From Steroidobacteraceae bacterium (GTDB taxonomy: Bacteria > Pseudomonadota > Gammaproteobacteria > Steroidobacterales > Steroidobacteraceae), in NCBI GenBank assembly GCA_049515055.1, contig JBEKUL010000013.1, positions 5,896-69,895 on the forward strand: a stretch of 64,000 bases of DNA. The letters run 5' to 3'. How positions within the stretch are numbered: the first letter of the stretch is position 1; each line of letters starts with the position of its first letter. Under the pieces are notes generated by a model. The model had not been told where the DNA came from, did not search any database, and worked only from the letters and a program-made list of their open reading frames with translations. This document shows, one piece after another, positions 10,780-22,655 of this stretch. A program made the position numbers and the translations under genes.

Positions 10780-11714
10780 CAGCGATCCTGCGTGCCCGCC
10801 GGGGCGCTCTCGCTCTCACCCACGATGCGCACTTCGGGCTCGAGCCTGACGCCGTAGAGCCGCTCGACCGTCTGCTGCACATGGCCGATCAACTGCTCGA
10901 GCTCCTGCGCGCTCGCGTGGCCCTCATTGATGATGAAGTTGGCGTGCTTTTCGGATACCACCGCATCGCCGATGCGATGACCCTTGAGTCCCGCGGCCTC
11001 AATCAGGCGCGCGGCGTGATCGCCTGGCGGATTCCTGAAAACCGAGCCGCAGCTCCATTCCCCGAGCGGCTGGGTCTGGCGCCGCAATTCCGTCAAGGCA
11101 CGAATGCTGCTGGCCTGCGCGCTCGTGCCCGGCTCGAATTGCAGCTGCGCGGCGATGAACCATTCTTCGAGCGCTGCATCCGCTGCGGCCAGCGCGACCT
11201 GCCGATAACCGATGCGATACTCCTGCGTCGAGCGCTGGTGGCGCTGCCCATGCCGATCCAGCGTCTCCACGGCGTTGACATGCCGCCAGGTCTCATCGCC
11301 AAACGCGCCCGCGTTCATGGCCAGTGCTCCGCCCAGCGTGCCCGGAATGCCGCTGAAGAACTCGCCCTGCGCCAGGCCCCAGTTATTGCAGGCGCGCGCG
11401 ATACGCGCGCACGGCACGCTGGCTTCGCAGTAGATGCGGGTCTGCGAGCGTCGCTCGATGCGCGTGAAGACGCCCGGGGTGGCCACGACGACGCCGCGGA
11501 TACCGCCTTCGCGCACCAGCAGATTGCTGCCCAGCCCGACCCAGTAGACCGGTATCTCGGCGGGCAGCGTGCGCAGGAACGCGGCCAGATCCTCGATATC
11601 GCGCGGACTGAAGAACATGTCGGCCGGCCCGCCGACGCGCCACGATGTATGGGCCGCCATCGGCTCGCGCCAGCGCACACGGGGCATGAAATCAGGTGAG
11701 ATGCCCGGATTCAT
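10779..11714 (-). CDS. murB: UDP-N-acetylenolpyruvoylglucosamine reductase
   Basis: 311 aa with an FAD-binding PCMH-type N-terminus ([11 protein letters not shown]) and [20 protein letters not shown] 11714 overlaps the murC TGA (ATGA). Confidence 0.93.
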   Translation of the reverse strand: MNPGISPDFMPRVRWREPMAAHTSWRVGGPADMFFSPRDIEDLAAFLRTLPAEIPVYWVGLGSNLLVREGGIRGVVVATPGVFTRIERRSQTRIYCEASVPCARIARACNNWGLAQGEFFSGIPGTLGGALAMNAGAFGDETWRHVNAVETLDRHGQRHQRSTQEYRIGYRQVALAAADAALEEWFIAAQLQFEPGTSAQASSIRALTELRRQTQPLGEWSCGSVFRNPPGDHAARLIEAAGLKGHRIGDAVVSEKHANFIINEGHASAQELEQLIGHVQQTVERLYGVRLEPEVRIVGESESAPAGTQDR

Positions 11715-13168
11715 GGCTTCACTCGCGCCAGCTTTGCGGCCAGTTGCTGCGCGACCGCCCCGATGTGGCCGGCGCCCATGGTCACGATCACATCCCCGTC
11801 GCGCAACACGCCGCTCAGCGCCGTGGCAAGATCCTCGAGTCGCGCGACGAATACCGGCTCGACGCGTCCACGGCTGCGCACGGCGCGGCAGATCGCGCGT
11901 CCATCGGCGCCTTTGATCGGCGCTTCACCGGCCGCGTAGACCTCGGCGACCAGCAGTACCTCGACCGTGGCGAGCACGTTGGCGAAATCATCGAGCAGGT
12001 CGCGCGTGCGGGTATAGCGATGCGGCTGGAACACGAGCACCAGGCGGCGAGCGGGCCACGCCTGGTGCAGGGCCTCGAGCGTCGCGGCAATCTCGGTCGG
12101 ATGATGGCCATAGTCATCAACGATGCTGACGCTGCCGCCCGCGATTTGCGCATCACCCAGGTACTGCATGCGCCGATCGATACCCTGGAAGCCCGCCAAT
12201 GCGCGGCAGATCGCCTCATCGGCAACGCCGAGCTCGCTGGCCACGGCGATGGCAGCCAGGGCATTGCGCACGTTGTGAGTGCCAGGCAGGTTGAGCATGA
12301 CCGGCAGCGCTGCAGCGTGCCCGGGACGCGCGACCTGAAAGCTCGTGCCGTGGCGCTCGCGCACCAGTTCGCTGGCGCGCACATCCACGCCCTCGCGCAG
12401 GCCGTAGGTCAGAAACGGCCGGCCCACGCGCGCAAGCATCCGGTGCACGTGCTCATCGTCACCGCACAGCACCGCCAGGCCGTAGAACGGCAGGTTGTGC
12501 AGAAATTCCACGAAGCTCGCCTCGAGTTTCGCGAAGTCCCCGCCGTGCGTTCCCAGATGATCGTTATCGATATTGGTCACGACTGCGATCACGGGCTGCA
12601 GGTGCATGAAGGAGGCATCGCTCTCATCGGCCTCGGCCACCAGATAACGGCCGGCGCCGAGCCGCGCGTTGCTGTCGGCACTCTTGAGCCGGCCGCCGAT
12701 CACAAAGGTCGGATCCTCGCCGCCTTCCGCCAGTACGCTGGCGATCAGGCTCGTGGTCGTGGTCTTGCCATGCGTGCCGGCCACCGCGATCGACTCGCGA
12801 AAACGCATGAGCTCGCCGAGCATTTCAGCGCGCGGCACCACCGGCACGCGCTGCGCCTGCGCGGCCTGAACCTCGGGGTTATCGCGTGGGATTGCGCTCG
12901 AGACGACGACCACATCGGCCCCATCGGCGTGGGCAGCCTTGTGGCCAATGCAGATTTTGGCGCCCAGCGCCTTGAGCCGTTCGGTGATCGCATTGGGCTT
13001 CAGATCCGAGCCCTGCACGCGATAGCCGAGATTGATCAGCACTTCGGCGATACCGCCCATGCCGCTGCCGCCGATGCCGACAAAGTGAATCGTCTCGATG
13101 CGCCGCATGCGCGCGCTGCGGGGCATCAACGTCGCCAACGGCCTGAGCGCTCGCGGCGGCCCGCTCAT
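11711..13168 (-). CDS. murC: UDP-N-acetylmuramate--L-alanine ligase
   Basis: ORF 11711..13261 trimmed to ATG 13168, which overlaps the murG TGA (ATGA). The N-terminus [37 protein letters not shown] aligns with E. coli MurC. The P-loop [10 protein letters not shown] is present. Confidence 0.93.
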   Translation of the reverse strand: MSGPPRALRPLATLMPRSARMRRIETIHFVGIGGSGMGGIAEVLINLGYRVQGSDLKPNAITERLKALGAKICIGHKAAHADGADVVVVSSAIPRDNPEVQAAQAQRVPVVPRAEMLGELMRFRESIAVAGTHGKTTTTSLIASVLAEGGEDPTFVIGGRLKSADSNARLGAGRYLVAEADESDASFMHLQPVIAVVTNIDNDHLGTHGGDFAKLEASFVEFLHNLPFYGLAVLCGDDEHVHRMLARVGRPFLTYGLREGVDVRASELVRERHGTSFQVARPGHAAALPVMLNLPGTHNVRNALAAIAVASELGVADEAICRALAGFQGIDRRMQYLGDAQIAGGSVSIVDDYGHHPTEIAATLEALHQAWPARRLVLVFQPHRYTRTRDLLDDFANVLATVEVLLVAEVYAAGEAPIKGADGRAICRAVRSRGRVEPVFVARLEDLATALSGVLRDGDVIVTMGAGHIGAVAQQLAAKLARVKP

Positions 13169-14280
13169 GCCGCCGCTCCCTCGCCCGAGGCGCGAACCAG
13201 CTCGCTGCAGGCATTGGCCAGGTCTTCGAGCGCACGCGGCCGGGCCATGGCACGTGCGCATTCCGCCATCGCCACCAGGCGCTCACGCCCGCTGCACAAT
13301 CCTGCAAGCTGCTCGGCCAGCCACGATGCGCTCAGGTCGTGATCCGCGATCATCACCGCGGCGCCTGCGCTGACCAGGATCTCGGCATTGCGGCTCTGGT
13401 GATCATCTGTGGCGGCCGGAAAAGGCACGAGCACAGCGCCCACGCCGGCCGCTGCGAGCTCCGAGACCGTCAATGCGCCCGCGCGGCAGATCACCAGATC
13501 GGCCCAGCCATAAGCCTCGGCCATCTCTTCGATGAACGGCTGCAGCCGCGCCGCCACGCCGGCGTCCAGGTAGGCGCGCTGCGCAGCCTCGATCCAGCGC
13601 TCGCCGGCTTGATGGCGCACCTCGAACAGCATGGTTGCTGCGAGCCGCGCGAGCGCAAATGGCACGATCTCGTTGAGCCGCGCCGCACCCTGGCTGCCGC
13701 CGAGCACGAGCAGCCGGATGCCGGGGCCGCGCGTCGCGAAGCGCTGTGGCGGGGGCGGCAAGGCACTGATGTCGCGTCTTACCGGATTGCCAATCACTTG
13801 TGCGCTGACGCTGGCCGGAAAGCTGCCGGGAAAGGCGGTCAGCACCCGATCGGCCAGCCTTGCCAGGCAACGATTGGTGAAGCCCGCGATGGCATTCTGC
13901 TCGTGTATCAGCAGGGGCTTGCGCATCATCCAGGCCGCTACGCCCCCAGGGCCGGCCACGAACCCGCCCAGACCTACGACCAGCGCCGGGCGGCGCCGAC
14001 GGATGACCGCGAGGGCCTGCAGCAGCGCGCGCGTGAGACTCAACGGGGCGGTGAGCCAGACGAGCCAGCCCTTGCCTCGCAGCCCGCCGATCGACAGCCA
14101 CTCGAGCGCAATGCTCTCGCCTGGCACGACTCGGGCCTCCAGTCCCCTGCGCGTGCCGAGCCAGACGACCCGCCAGGAGCGCTCGCGCAACTCGCGCGCC
14201 AGCGCCAGCGCCGGGAAAACATGGCCACCGGTCCCGCCCGCGAGAATCAGTGCCAGCGGCGCCGAGGCGCCCGCACTCAT
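13165..14280 (-). CDS. murG: undecaprenyldiphospho-muramoylpentapeptide beta-N-acetylglucosaminyltransferase
   Basis: ORF 13165..14763 trimmed to ATG 14280 ([28 protein letters not shown]), which overlaps the ftsW TGA (ATGA). The G-loop GGTGGH is present. Confidence 0.93.
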   Translation of the reverse strand: MSAGASAPLALILAGGTGGHVFPALALARELRERSWRVVWLGTRRGLEARVVPGESIALEWLSIGGLRGKGWLVWLTAPLSLTRALLQALAVIRRRRPALVVGLGGFVAGPGGVAAWMMRKPLLIHEQNAIAGFTNRCLARLADRVLTAFPGSFPASVSAQVIGNPVRRDISALPPPPQRFATRGPGIRLLVLGGSQGAARLNEIVPFALARLAATMLFEVRHQAGERWIEAAQRAYLDAGVAARLQPFIEEMAEAYGWADLVICRAGALTVSELAAAGVGAVLVPFPAATDDHQSRNAEILVSAGAAVMIADHDLSASWLAEQLAGLCSGRERLVAMAECARAMARPRALEDLANACSELVRASGEGAAA

Positions 14281-15452
14281 GCGCGCAGCTCCCGCGGCGC
14301 TCGCCGCGCCGCACGCACCGTCTCGTGATGCACGCGCAGCACGATACCGAGCCAGGCCAGGGTCACGATCAGGCTGCTGCGCCCATAGCTCATGAGCGGC
14401 AGCGTGAGCCCCTTGGTCGGCAGCACGCCCATGTTCACGCCGATGTTGATGCACGCCTGAACGCCGAGCCACAAGCCGAAACCCGCGGCCAGGTAGGAGG
14501 GAAACTTGAGCCCCGCTTCGCAGGCGCGGCGCGAGATCACAAAGGCGCGCCAGCTCAGGGCCAGAAACAGCCCGAGCGTGAGCGCCACGCCCACCAGGCC
14601 GAGCTCCTCGGCGAGCACCGCGAACAGGAAATCGGTGTGTGCCTCGGGCAGGTAGAACAATTTCTGCACGCTCGCGCCGAGCCCGACACCGAACCACTGA
14701 CCGCGGCCAATGGCAATCAGCGACTGCGTGAGTTGAAAGCCGCTGTTGAACGGGTCGGCCCACGGATCCAGAAAGGCCATGAAGCGGCGCAGCCGGTAGC
14801 TCGAGAAGATCACCAGCAGCACCATCGAGCCGACTACGAGCAGCAGCATCGCCGCCACGTAGCGCACGCGCGCGCCGGCCAGGAACAGCACGCCAAATCC
14901 GGTGATGAACAGTACGCTCGCGGCGCCGAAGTCGGGCTCGAGCAGCAGCAGCAGCGCAATGAACGCGAGCAGGCCGAGCGCCCGTCCCAGCCCGGACATG
15001 CCCGAGCGCAGCGCCTCCTCATAGCGCACCGCATAACTGGCGATATAGATCAGCGTCAGTACGCGCGCGGCCTCCGAGGCCTGAAAGCTCATGCCGGCCA
15101 GGCGCAGCCAGCGGCGGCTGCCGTTGACCACATGACCCAGGCCCGGCAGCAGTACGATGCACAGCAACGCTACGGCGATCAGCAATAGCGGCGGCGCCCA
15201 TTGCTCGAGCTTGTGGCTGGGAATGGCGAACGTCACACCCGCCAGCGCCGAACCGATCAGCACCAGCAGCAGCTGGCGCTCCAGATAGAAGAAGGGATCA
15301 CCGTCCCGCCCCGCCACGGTGATGGAGGCCGAGGTGACCATGATCAGACCGAGCAACACCAGCGAGACGGTCAGCACGATGGTGATGCCATCGAGCGCCG
15401 GGCCGCGATCGCGCAGCCGCGGCTCTGCCAGCGTCAGGCTGGCGGCGCTCAT
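14277..15452 (-). CDS. ftsW: SEDS-family peptidoglycan glycosyltransferase FtsW
   Basis: 391 aa and polytopic. Conserved segments include LLLLEPDFGAA and PTKGLTLPLMSYGRSS. It has a 4-nt overlap with murD. Confidence 0.93.
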   Translation of the reverse strand: MSAASLTLAEPRLRDRGPALDGITIVLTVSLVLLGLIMVTSASITVAGRDGDPFFYLERQLLLVLIGSALAGVTFAIPSHKLEQWAPPLLLIAVALLCIVLLPGLGHVVNGSRRWLRLAGMSFQASEAARVLTLIYIASYAVRYEEALRSGMSGLGRALGLLAFIALLLLLEPDFGAASVLFITGFGVLFLAGARVRYVAAMLLLVVGSMVLLVIFSSYRLRRFMAFLDPWADPFNSGFQLTQSLIAIGRGQWFGVGLGASVQKLFYLPEAHTDFLFAVLAEELGLVGVALTLGLFLALSWRAFVISRRACEAGLKFPSYLAAGFGLWLGVQACINIGVNMGVLPTKGLTLPLMSYGRSSLIVTLAWLGIVLRVHHETVRAARRAPRELRA

Positions 15453-16816
15453 GCGGCCAGCCTCTGCACGGCCGCGGTAAACACATCGCCGCGCTGCGCG
15501 TAGTCGCGAAACATATCCAGGCTCGCGCAGGCCGGCGAGAGCAACACCGTATCGCCAGGCCGCGCCAGTACCGCGGCCATTTCGACCGCCGCCTCCAGAC
15601 TCTCGGCGTAGCGATACTCGCAGGCCCCCGCGAGCGCTGCGGCGAGCACGGCGGCATCGCGACCGATCAGCACGGCGTAGCGCACCTTGCCGGCGAAGGC
15701 GCCGCGCAAGGGCGTGAAGTCCTGGCCTTTGCCTTCGCCGCCAAGAATCACGAGCAGCGGGCCTTGCAGACCGCCGACCGCCGCGAGCGTGGCCCCGACG
15801 TTGGTGCCCTTGGAGTCATCGATGTAATGCACACCGCGGATCTCGGCGATCCACTGTACGCGATGCGCAAGTCCGGTAAAGGCGCGCAGCTCCTCGAGCA
15901 TGGCAGAGCGCGGCAGCGACAATGCCTCGCCGAGCGCCAGCGCGGCCAGCGCATTGGCTGCATTGTGAGTGCCCTTGAGTCGCAGAGCGCCGAGCGAGAG
16001 CAGCGGCTCACCGCGACGTACGAGCCACGGCTCGCCGCCGGCGCGCTGCACCAGCGTGTAATCCGCGCCCGCATCGGCGCGCAGCGAGAAGCTCAGGCGC
16101 CGGGCCGCCGGGCGCACCATCGCCGCGACGCGCGCATCATCGAGATTGACGACCGCCACATCGCAGTGCGCATAGATGCGCGCCTTGGCGGCAGCGTACG
16201 CCTCGAGGTCGGCATAGCGGTCCAGATGATCGGCCGTCACGTTGAGCACTGCGGCGGCCGCGAGCGCCAGGGTAGCGGTGCTCTCGAGCTGAAAGCTCGA
16301 GAGCTCCAGTACGTAGAGCTGTGCGCGCTCATCGAGCAGGTCGAGCGCCGGAGGACCGAGATTGCCGCCCGCGCGCACGCGCACACCTGCGCGTGCGGCC
16401 ATCTGCGCGAGCAGCGTGGTCACGGTGCTCTTGCCATTGGTGCCGGTGATGCCTGCGATCGGCGCCTGCGCGGCACGCGCAAACAGCTCGATGTCCCCGA
16501 TGATGGCCACACCCCTGGCGCGCGCGAGCTCGAAGAACGAACCCACCGGCGCGACCCCCGGTGAGAGCACCAACAGGGCCGCGCCTTCCAGCAGCGAGGC
16601 ATCAAATCCGCCGCGACGCACCGTGATCTGGCGGCCAAGCTCGCTGCCCAGAGCGGCCAGGCGCGGCAATTCCGGCGGCTCTGCGCGGCTGTCGGTTACA
16701 GCGACTTCGAAGCCATGAGCCAGCAGGTAGCGCGCCGCCGAATAGCCGCTCTTGCCGAGCCCGACGACCACGGCGTGGACGTTGCGCGCTTGGGCTTGAG
16801 CTGGCGGGATCGTCAT
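15449..16816 (-). CDS. murD: UDP-N-acetylmuramoylalanine--D-glutamate ligase
   Basis: 455 aa with a Rossmann-like N-terminus [15 protein letters not shown] and the P-loop [10 protein letters not shown]. Confidence 0.95.
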   Translation of the reverse strand: MTIPPAQAQARNVHAVVVGLGKSGYSAARYLLAHGFEVAVTDSRAEPPELPRLAALGSELGRQITVRRGGFDASLLEGAALLVLSPGVAPVGSFFELARARGVAIIGDIELFARAAQAPIAGITGTNGKSTVTTLLAQMAARAGVRVRAGGNLGPPALDLLDERAQLYVLELSSFQLESTATLALAAAAVLNVTADHLDRYADLEAYAAAKARIYAHCDVAVVNLDDARVAAMVRPAARRLSFSLRADAGADYTLVQRAGGEPWLVRRGEPLLSLGALRLKGTHNAANALAALALGEALSLPRSAMLEELRAFTGLAHRVQWIAEIRGVHYIDDSKGTNVGATLAAVGGLQGPLLVILGGEGKGQDFTPLRGAFAGKVRYAVLIGRDAAVLAAALAGACEYRYAESLEAAVEMAAVLARPGDTVLLSPACASLDMFRDYAQRGDVFTAAVQRLAA

Positions 16817-17898
16817 CGCAGTTTGAGCGTCGACAGGCCTGCCAGCACGAGCAGGAAACTGATGATCCAGAAGCGCACGATCACCTTTGGCTCAGCCCAG
16901 CCCTTGAGCTCGAAATGATGATGAATGGGCGCCATGCGAAAGATGCGCCGGCCGGTCAGCTTGAACGAAGTGACCTGCAGGATCACCGAGGCGGTCTCGA
17001 GCACAAATATGCCGCCCATGACCAGCGCGACGATCTCCTGGCGCACGATGATCGCCACCACTCCCAGACCCGCGCCGAGCGCAAGCGCTCCGGTATCGCC
17101 CATGAACACCTGCGCGGGATAGGAATTGAACCACAGGAATCCCAGACCCGCGCCCGCGAGCGCGCCGCAGAAGATCAGCAGCTCGCCGGCCTGCGGTATC
17201 GCCGGAATCACCAGGTAGCTTGCGAAGATCGCATTGCCGCTCGCGTACGCGAAGATGCCGAGCGCGCCGGCCACCATCGCCGCCGGCATGATTGCCAGCC
17301 CATCGAGTCCATCGGTCAGGTTCACCGCATTGCTCATGCCCACGATCATGAAATAGCTCAGCGCGCCGAACCCGAGCGCACCGAGCGGAATACTCACAGT
17401 CTTGACGAAGGGCACGAAGAAATCCGTCTCGGCAGGCACCGTGGCGGTGCGCATCAGCAGCAACGCGGCGCCGAGGCCGAGCAGAGACTGCAGCAGATAC
17501 TTCCAGCGCGCCGACAGGCCACGCGAGCTGCCGATGACGAGTTTGAGATAGTCGTCGCAAAAACCAATCAGGCCGAAGCCAACCGTGACGCCGAGGGCGA
17601 TCCAGATAAAGCGATTGCGCAGATCCGACCACAGCAGCGTGCTGATCGCGATCGCGACGATGATCAAGGCGCCGCCCATGGTGGGCGTGCCGGCCTTGGG
17701 CAAGTGCGAGCGTGGTCCGTCATCGCGCACCACCTGGCCGATCTGATAGCGCGACAGGCGCGAGATCATCACCGGTCCGAGCAGCAGCGAGAGGCTCAGC
17801 GCCGACATCACCGCGAGAATCGCGCGCAAAGTCAGGTAATAGAAGGCGTGGAACGCCGAGTGGTGCACGGCCAGCAATTTGGCGATCCAGTACAGCAT
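16813..17898 (-). CDS. mraY: phospho-N-acetylmuramoyl-pentapeptide transferase
   Basis: 361 aa and polytopic. Motifs [23 protein letters not shown] and PIHHHFEL are present. Confidence 0.97.
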   Translation of the reverse strand: MLYWIAKLLAVHHSAFHAFYYLTLRAILAVMSALSLSLLLGPVMISRLSRYQIGQVVRDDGPRSHLPKAGTPTMGGALIIVAIAISTLLWSDLRNRFIWIALGVTVGFGLIGFCDDYLKLVIGSSRGLSARWKYLLQSLLGLGAALLLMRTATVPAETDFFVPFVKTVSIPLGALGFGALSYFMIVGMSNAVNLTDGLDGLAIMPAAMVAGALGIFAYASGNAIFASYLVIPAIPQAGELLIFCGALAGAGLGFLWFNSYPAQVFMGDTGALALGAGLGVVAIIVRQEIVALVMGGIFVLETASVILQVTSFKLTGRRIFRMAPIHHHFELKGWAEPKVIVRFWIISFLLVLAGLSTLKLR

Positions 17899-17901
17899 CG
17901 A

Positions 17902-19287
17902 TCAGCCCGCCTTGCGCGCGTGCGGCGGGATCGCGATGGCCTCGACCACGCGCTCGAGGCGATTGACGCGAGAGCCTTTGATCAGCACTCGCACATCGGC
18001 GCTCAGTTCGGCGTCCAGCGCGCGCGTGAGCTCGCCAACGTCCTCAAAGTGCCTGGCGCCGGCGCCAAAGCGCTCGGCGGCCAGCGCCGCGAGGTCCCCG
18101 AGGCTGAAGAGGCGCTCGATGCCCTGCGAGTGCGCGAGCTCAGCGATCGCATAATGGCTCGCCTCGGCAAACTCGCCGAGCTCGGCCATATCCCCCAGCA
18201 CCAGCCAGCGGCGGCCGGGCAGCTCACCGAGCACCTCCAGCGCTGCGCGCGCCGAGCTCGGGTTGGCGTTGTAGGAATCATCGATGAGCCACGCGCCGTG
18301 GCGCGTGAGCTGAAACTGCAGCCGCCCCCTGACCGCGCGCATCGCCGCCAGGCCGGATGCGATCTGCTCCAGGCTCGCGCCGGCGCTCGCCGCGCCGGCA
18401 GCGGCCGCGAGTGCGTTGTAGACATTGTGGCGACCGGCCAGCGCCAGCGTGACCGCGACCGAGCCGGCACCGCTGCACAGGAGAAAGCGGCTGCAGAAGC
18501 CCTGCTCGCCGACCTGGAACTGCAATTCCTGCGCGCGGTAATCCGCCTGCGCGCGCAGGCCGAATGTGCACACACGCGCGGCCGTGCTCGCGCGCCAGAG
18601 CGGCGCGTAGGCATCGTCCGCGTTGATAATCGCGACGCCGCTGGCTGCCAGAGTGCTGACCATCTCGCCTTCGGCGCGCGCAGCGCCCTCGAGCGAACCG
18701 AAGCCTTCCAGATGCTCCGCGCCGGCATTGGTGATCAGACCGATGTCGGGCCGCGCAATGCGCACCAGCTGTTCGATATCTCCGCGGCGATTGGCTCCCA
18801 TCTCGATGACAGCGCTGCGATGCGTCGCATCCAGACGCAGCAACGTGATCGGCACGCCGAGATGATTGTTCAGATTGCCGCGCGTAGCCAGGCAGGGGCC
18901 GCGCTGCGAGAGTATGGCGGCCAGCATCTCCTTGACCGTCGTCTTGCCGTTGCTGCCGGCGATGCCGATCACGGGTCCGGTGAATTTCGCGCGCGCGCTG
19001 CCTGCCGCATCCGCGAGCGCGCTCTCGACATCGACGACGACGATCTGCGCGAGCGGCACATCGCTGAGCCGCTGCACCAGAGCGCCGGCCGCGCCGGCCG
19101 CGGCCGCATCGCCCACAAAGTTGTGCCCATCGGTGTGCGCGCCGCGCAGCGCGGCAAAGAGGTTGCCGGGCACGAGCTTGCGCGAGTCGATCGCAATCTC
19201 GTGAAAGTCGCCGTCGGCGCCATTGAGCCGGCCGTGGCAGGCAGCGGCAAACTGCGCGAGGCTGCGAACCATGCCTGGCTGCATCAT
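17902..19287 (-). CDS. murF: UDP-N-acetylmuramoyl-tripeptide--D-alanyl-D-alanine ligase
   Basis: ORF 17902..19311 with the preferred start at ATG 19287, which overlaps the murE TGA (ATGA). ATG 19311 is also possible. The P-loop GSNGKTT is present. Confidence 0.9.
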   Translation of the reverse strand: MMQPGMVRSLAQFAAACHGRLNGADGDFHEIAIDSRKLVPGNLFAALRGAHTDGHNFVGDAAAAGAAGALVQRLSDVPLAQIVVVDVESALADAAGSARAKFTGPVIGIAGSNGKTTVKEMLAAILSQRGPCLATRGNLNNHLGVPITLLRLDATHRSAVIEMGANRRGDIEQLVRIARPDIGLITNAGAEHLEGFGSLEGAARAEGEMVSTLAASGVAIINADDAYAPLWRASTAARVCTFGLRAQADYRAQELQFQVGEQGFCSRFLLCSGAGSVAVTLALAGRHNVYNALAAAAGAASAGASLEQIASGLAAMRAVRGRLQFQLTRHGAWLIDDSYNANPSSARAALEVLGELPGRRWLVLGDMAELGEFAEASHYAIAELAHSQGIERLFSLGDLAALAAERFGAGARHFEDVGELTRALDAELSADVRVLIKGSRVNRLERVVEAIAIPPHARKAG

Positions 19288-20828
19288 GCGCGATTGGCCC
19301 GAGTGCGCCAAAGCGCAAGGGCTGCGCGCACCACGCTCGCATCATCGAACGCGCGCCGCTCGCTACCGACGATCTGATAGGGCTCGTGGCCTTTACCGGC
19401 CACGAGCAGCACGTCGCCGGCGTCGGCTTGCCCGAGTGCGCTGCTGATCGCGCGCGCTCGATCGTGAATCAGGCGCGCACGCGCTGCCGCGCCCGCGGCC
19501 TGGATGCCCTGCATGATCGCGGCGGCGATGGCCTGGGGGTCCTCGCCGCGCGGATTGTCATCGGTCACGATGATCTGATCGGCGCCTGCGGCCGCCACGC
19601 GTCCCATTTCGCTGCGCTTGCCCGCATCGCGCTCCCCGCCGCAGCCGAACACGACGTACAGCCGGCCGCGGCAATGCTCGCGCGCGGCATGCAGCGCCTT
19701 GGCCAGTGCATCGGGCGTATGCGCGTAATCGATGAGGACGAGCGGACGGTTGCCGCCGCCTTCGGGCTGCATGCGCCCCGGCGGCGGCGCGATCTGCGAG
19801 AGCGCCGCGCAGGCTGCCGCGAGCGGCATATCCCAGGCCAGCAGCACCGCCAGAACGCTCAACAGGTTATCGACATTGAAGTCGCCGATCAGAGGACTGG
19901 ACAGCACGGCCGCGCCGCGGCTGCTGTGAATCTCGATTTCGAGGCCGGCGCCGCTGGCGCGCACGGCGCCGGCGCAGACGTAGTCGCTCTGCTGCGCAAG
20001 GCGCGCGGGTGCATGCTGCGAGGTCTGAAACAGAAGCGCCGCGCGGGCGCTGCGCACCGCGTGCTGCGCGAGCTCGCGACCGAACGCATCATCGACATTG
20101 ATCACGCGCGCCGCGAGCGTCGACCAATCCAGCAGCCGCGCCTTGGCGGCCGCGTAGCTGGACATATCGGCGTGATAGTCGAGGTGATCGCGCGTCAGAT
20201 TCGTGAACACCGCGGTGTGAAAGCGCACTGCGGCACATCGATCCTGATCCAGCGCGTGCGAGGAGACCTCCATGGCCACGGCATCGACGCCGGCAGCGCG
20301 CAGTTGCGCGAGCAGCCGGTGCAGCGACACCGCATCGGGAGTCGTGACGCCCAGATCCCGCAATGCGCCAATCGCTCCACCGCCGAGCGTGCCGATGTAC
20401 GCCGCGCGCCGGCCGCTGCGCTCGAGCGCCTGCGCGAGCAGCCACGCACAGGTCGTCTTGCCGTTAGTGCCGGTGATCCCGGCCACCGTGAGGCTGGCCG
20501 ACGGCGCATCGAAGAAGCGATCGGCGATGTAGCCGAGCTGCGCGTGCAGATTCGGCACGGCGCGCACCACGATTGAGGCATCCACGCTCGGTGCCGATAT
20601 CCCCGGTGCCGGCTCCCAGAGGATCGCGCGCGCGCCGGCCGCCGCCGCCGCCGGCGCAAATTCGACGCCGTGGTGCGTGCGACCGCGGCAGGCCAGAAAG
20701 GCCGAGCCGGGCGTGACGCTGCGGCTGTCCTGCGTCAGATCGCAGACCTCCAGATCCGAGGGCACGTCGACGAGCCCGCCGAGCACGGCTTTGAGCGGCC
20801 GCCAGCTCTGCACGCTCGCGCGGCTCAT
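19284..20828 (-). CDS. murE: UDP-N-acetylmuramoyl-L-alanyl-D-glutamate--2,6-diaminopimelate ligase
   Basis: 514 aa with the P-loop GTNGKTT and the DAP-specific DNPR motif (TDDNPRGEDP). It has a 4-nt overlap with ftsI. Confidence 0.93.
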   Translation of the reverse strand: MSRASVQSWRPLKAVLGGLVDVPSDLEVCDLTQDSRSVTPGSAFLACRGRTHHGVEFAPAAAAAGARAILWEPAPGISAPSVDASIVVRAVPNLHAQLGYIADRFFDAPSASLTVAGITGTNGKTTCAWLLAQALERSGRRAAYIGTLGGGAIGALRDLGVTTPDAVSLHRLLAQLRAAGVDAVAMEVSSHALDQDRCAAVRFHTAVFTNLTRDHLDYHADMSSYAAAKARLLDWSTLAARVINVDDAFGRELAQHAVRSARAALLFQTSQHAPARLAQQSDYVCAGAVRASGAGLEIEIHSSRGAAVLSSPLIGDFNVDNLLSVLAVLLAWDMPLAAACAALSQIAPPPGRMQPEGGGNRPLVLIDYAHTPDALAKALHAAREHCRGRLYVVFGCGGERDAGKRSEMGRVAAAGADQIIVTDDNPRGEDPQAIAAAIMQGIQAAGAAARARLIHDRARAISSALGQADAGDVLLVAGKGHEPYQIVGSERRAFDDASVVRAALALWRTRANRA

Positions 20829-22642
20829 CGGCGAGCCACCGTCTGCGCTGCGCTCGATGGCGCGAGCGGTACGCTCATATCATCCGGCGCCACCGCCATG
20901 AGCCGCAGCGCACCGCCGAGCACGGCGGAGAACACCGGCGCCGATACATCTCCACCCATGTATTTTCCGGCTGTCGGCTCATCGATCACGACCACGGCCG
21001 CCAGTCGCGGATTGGAGGCCGGCGCCACGCCGGCGAAGACCGAGGTATAGCGATCCTTCGAATAAGTGCCGTTGCTCGACTTCCAGGCCGTGCCGGTCTT
21101 ACCGGCGACGCGATAGCCCGCGATCCTCGCGCGCACTCCTGTGGCGCCTTCCTGCGTGGTAACGGTCTCGAGCAGTCCCAGCAGCTCGCGGCAAACATTC
21201 TGCTCCAGAATGCGCTCGCCGGCCGGCGGCGCCTCCACGCGCAGCATCGAGACCGGGCGGCGCACGCCGAGCGCGCCGATGGCCGCGTAGGCTTGAGCCA
21301 GCTGCAACGGCGTGACCGAGATGCCGTAGCCGTGCGAGAGCGTCGCAATGCTGATCGCGCGCCAGTGCGAATAATTCGAGAACACGCCGGCCGACTCGCC
21401 CGGAAAGCCGCTGTTGGTGACCTGGCCGAAGCCAAAGTGGTTCAAAGTGCTCCAGATCTGCTGCGGTTCGAGCTGCAGCGCGAGCTTGGCCATGCCGACA
21501 TTGGAGGATTTGGCCAATATCGTTGCCAGACCCACGGCGCCGAGATTGTGTTCGTCCTCGAAGGTGGTCGCGCCGATCTGAATGAAACCGGGATTGGTGT
21601 CGATGACGCTCGCGGTTGTGAACTTGCCCGAGGCCAGCGCCGCGGCGACGACGAACGGCTTGATGCTCGAGCCCGGTTCGAACAGATCCGTCACGGCGCG
21701 GTTGCGATAGGCCGCCGCCATGAGCTGTGCGCGATCGTTCGGGTTGTAGGCCGGCTGGTTGACCATGGCCAGCACCTCGCCCGTATCGATGTCGATCACC
21801 ACCACCGATCCGGCGCGCGCGCGATTGTCGAGTATGGCGCTCTTGAGCTCCCGGTAAGCCAGGTACTGGATGCGCAGGTCCAGGCTCAGGCTCAGGTCGC
21901 GTCCCGGCCGCACCGGTCGAATGCTCTCGATGTCCTCGACCTTGCGGCCTTTGCTGTCCTGGATCACGCGCTTGGCGCCGTCTTCGCCGGCGAGCCAGTT
22001 GTCGAAGGCCAGCTCCGCGCCCTCCTGTCCGACATCGTCGATGCTGGTGAAGCCGAGCACGTGGCCCGTGACTTCGCCGGCCGGATAGTAGCGCCGGTAC
22101 TCGCGCGCGAGGCTCACGCCGGGCAGGTTCAGCGCCCTGACCCGGCCGGCGTCGGCGGGTTGCAGTCCGCGCGCGACATAGAGGAACTCGCGCTCCATGT
22201 TGCTGCTGACGTGGCGCAGCAGCGCTTGACGGTCCCCGCCCAGCGCGCTGGCCAGACGCGGCAATTGATCCAGGTTGCCGGCGAGCTCGTGCGGATTGAC
22301 CCAGACCGAATCGACCGGGGTGCTGACCGCCAGCGGCTCGCTGTTGCGGTCCGTGATATTGCCGCGATGAGCCACGATCGCCGCCAGACGCGCGAAGCGC
22401 GCGTCGCCCTGTTGCGCGAGGAAGCCGTGATCGACCAATTGCAGATCCACCGCACGGCCGATCAAGCCGGCGGCAGCGGCCACGAGCAGGCTGAAGAGCA
22501 GCAGCAGACGCAGGCGAAACGAATGCGGCGCAGAGCGCGGCGCCGCGCGCGCCGCGCCGTAACTGGTGCGCACGCCGCGCGCCGACGAGCGCCCCCCGGC
22601 GCGCGCACCGCATCGAGCGCGCAGCGCTGTCCAGAGCTTCAT
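20825..22642 (-). CDS. ftsI: peptidoglycan D,D-transpeptidase FtsI (PBP3)
   Basis: 605 aa with an N-terminal TM segment. Transpeptidase motifs are SSIK (SxxK), SSN and KTGT. Confidence 0.92.
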   Translation of the reverse strand: MKLWTALRARCGARAGGRSSARGVRTSYGAARAAPRSAPHSFRLRLLLLFSLLVAAAAGLIGRAVDLQLVDHGFLAQQGDARFARLAAIVAHRGNITDRNSEPLAVSTPVDSVWVNPHELAGNLDQLPRLASALGGDRQALLRHVSSNMEREFLYVARGLQPADAGRVRALNLPGVSLAREYRRYYPAGEVTGHVLGFTSIDDVGQEGAELAFDNWLAGEDGAKRVIQDSKGRKVEDIESIRPVRPGRDLSLSLDLRIQYLAYRELKSAILDNRARAGSVVVIDIDTGEVLAMVNQPAYNPNDRAQLMAAAYRNRAVTDLFEPGSSIKPFVVAAALASGKFTTASVIDTNPGFIQIGATTFEDEHNLGAVGLATILAKSSNVGMAKLALQLEPQQIWSTLNHFGFGQVTNSGFPGESAGVFSNYSHWRAISIATLSHGYGISVTPLQLAQAYAAIGALGVRRPVSMLRVEAPPAGERILEQNVCRELLGLLETVTTQEGATGVRARIAGYRVAGKTGTAWKSSNGTYSKDRYTSVFAGVAPASNPRLAAVVVIDEPTAGKYMGGDVSAPVFSAVLGGALRLMAVAPDDMSVPLAPSSAAQTVARR

Positions 22643-22655
22643 GGCCGCCGCGCTC

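Noticed and set aside
16915-19377. An 820-aa plus-strand ORF antisense to mraY and murF. Similar cases are 11696..13342, 7954..9340, 21293..22810, 43355..44434 and 45316..46740.
   Set aside because: These are shadow ORFs opposite well-supported genes. They have low-complexity Arg/Ala/Asp/His-rich translations and no start-site signals. One spans a gene boundary, which argues against a selected frame.
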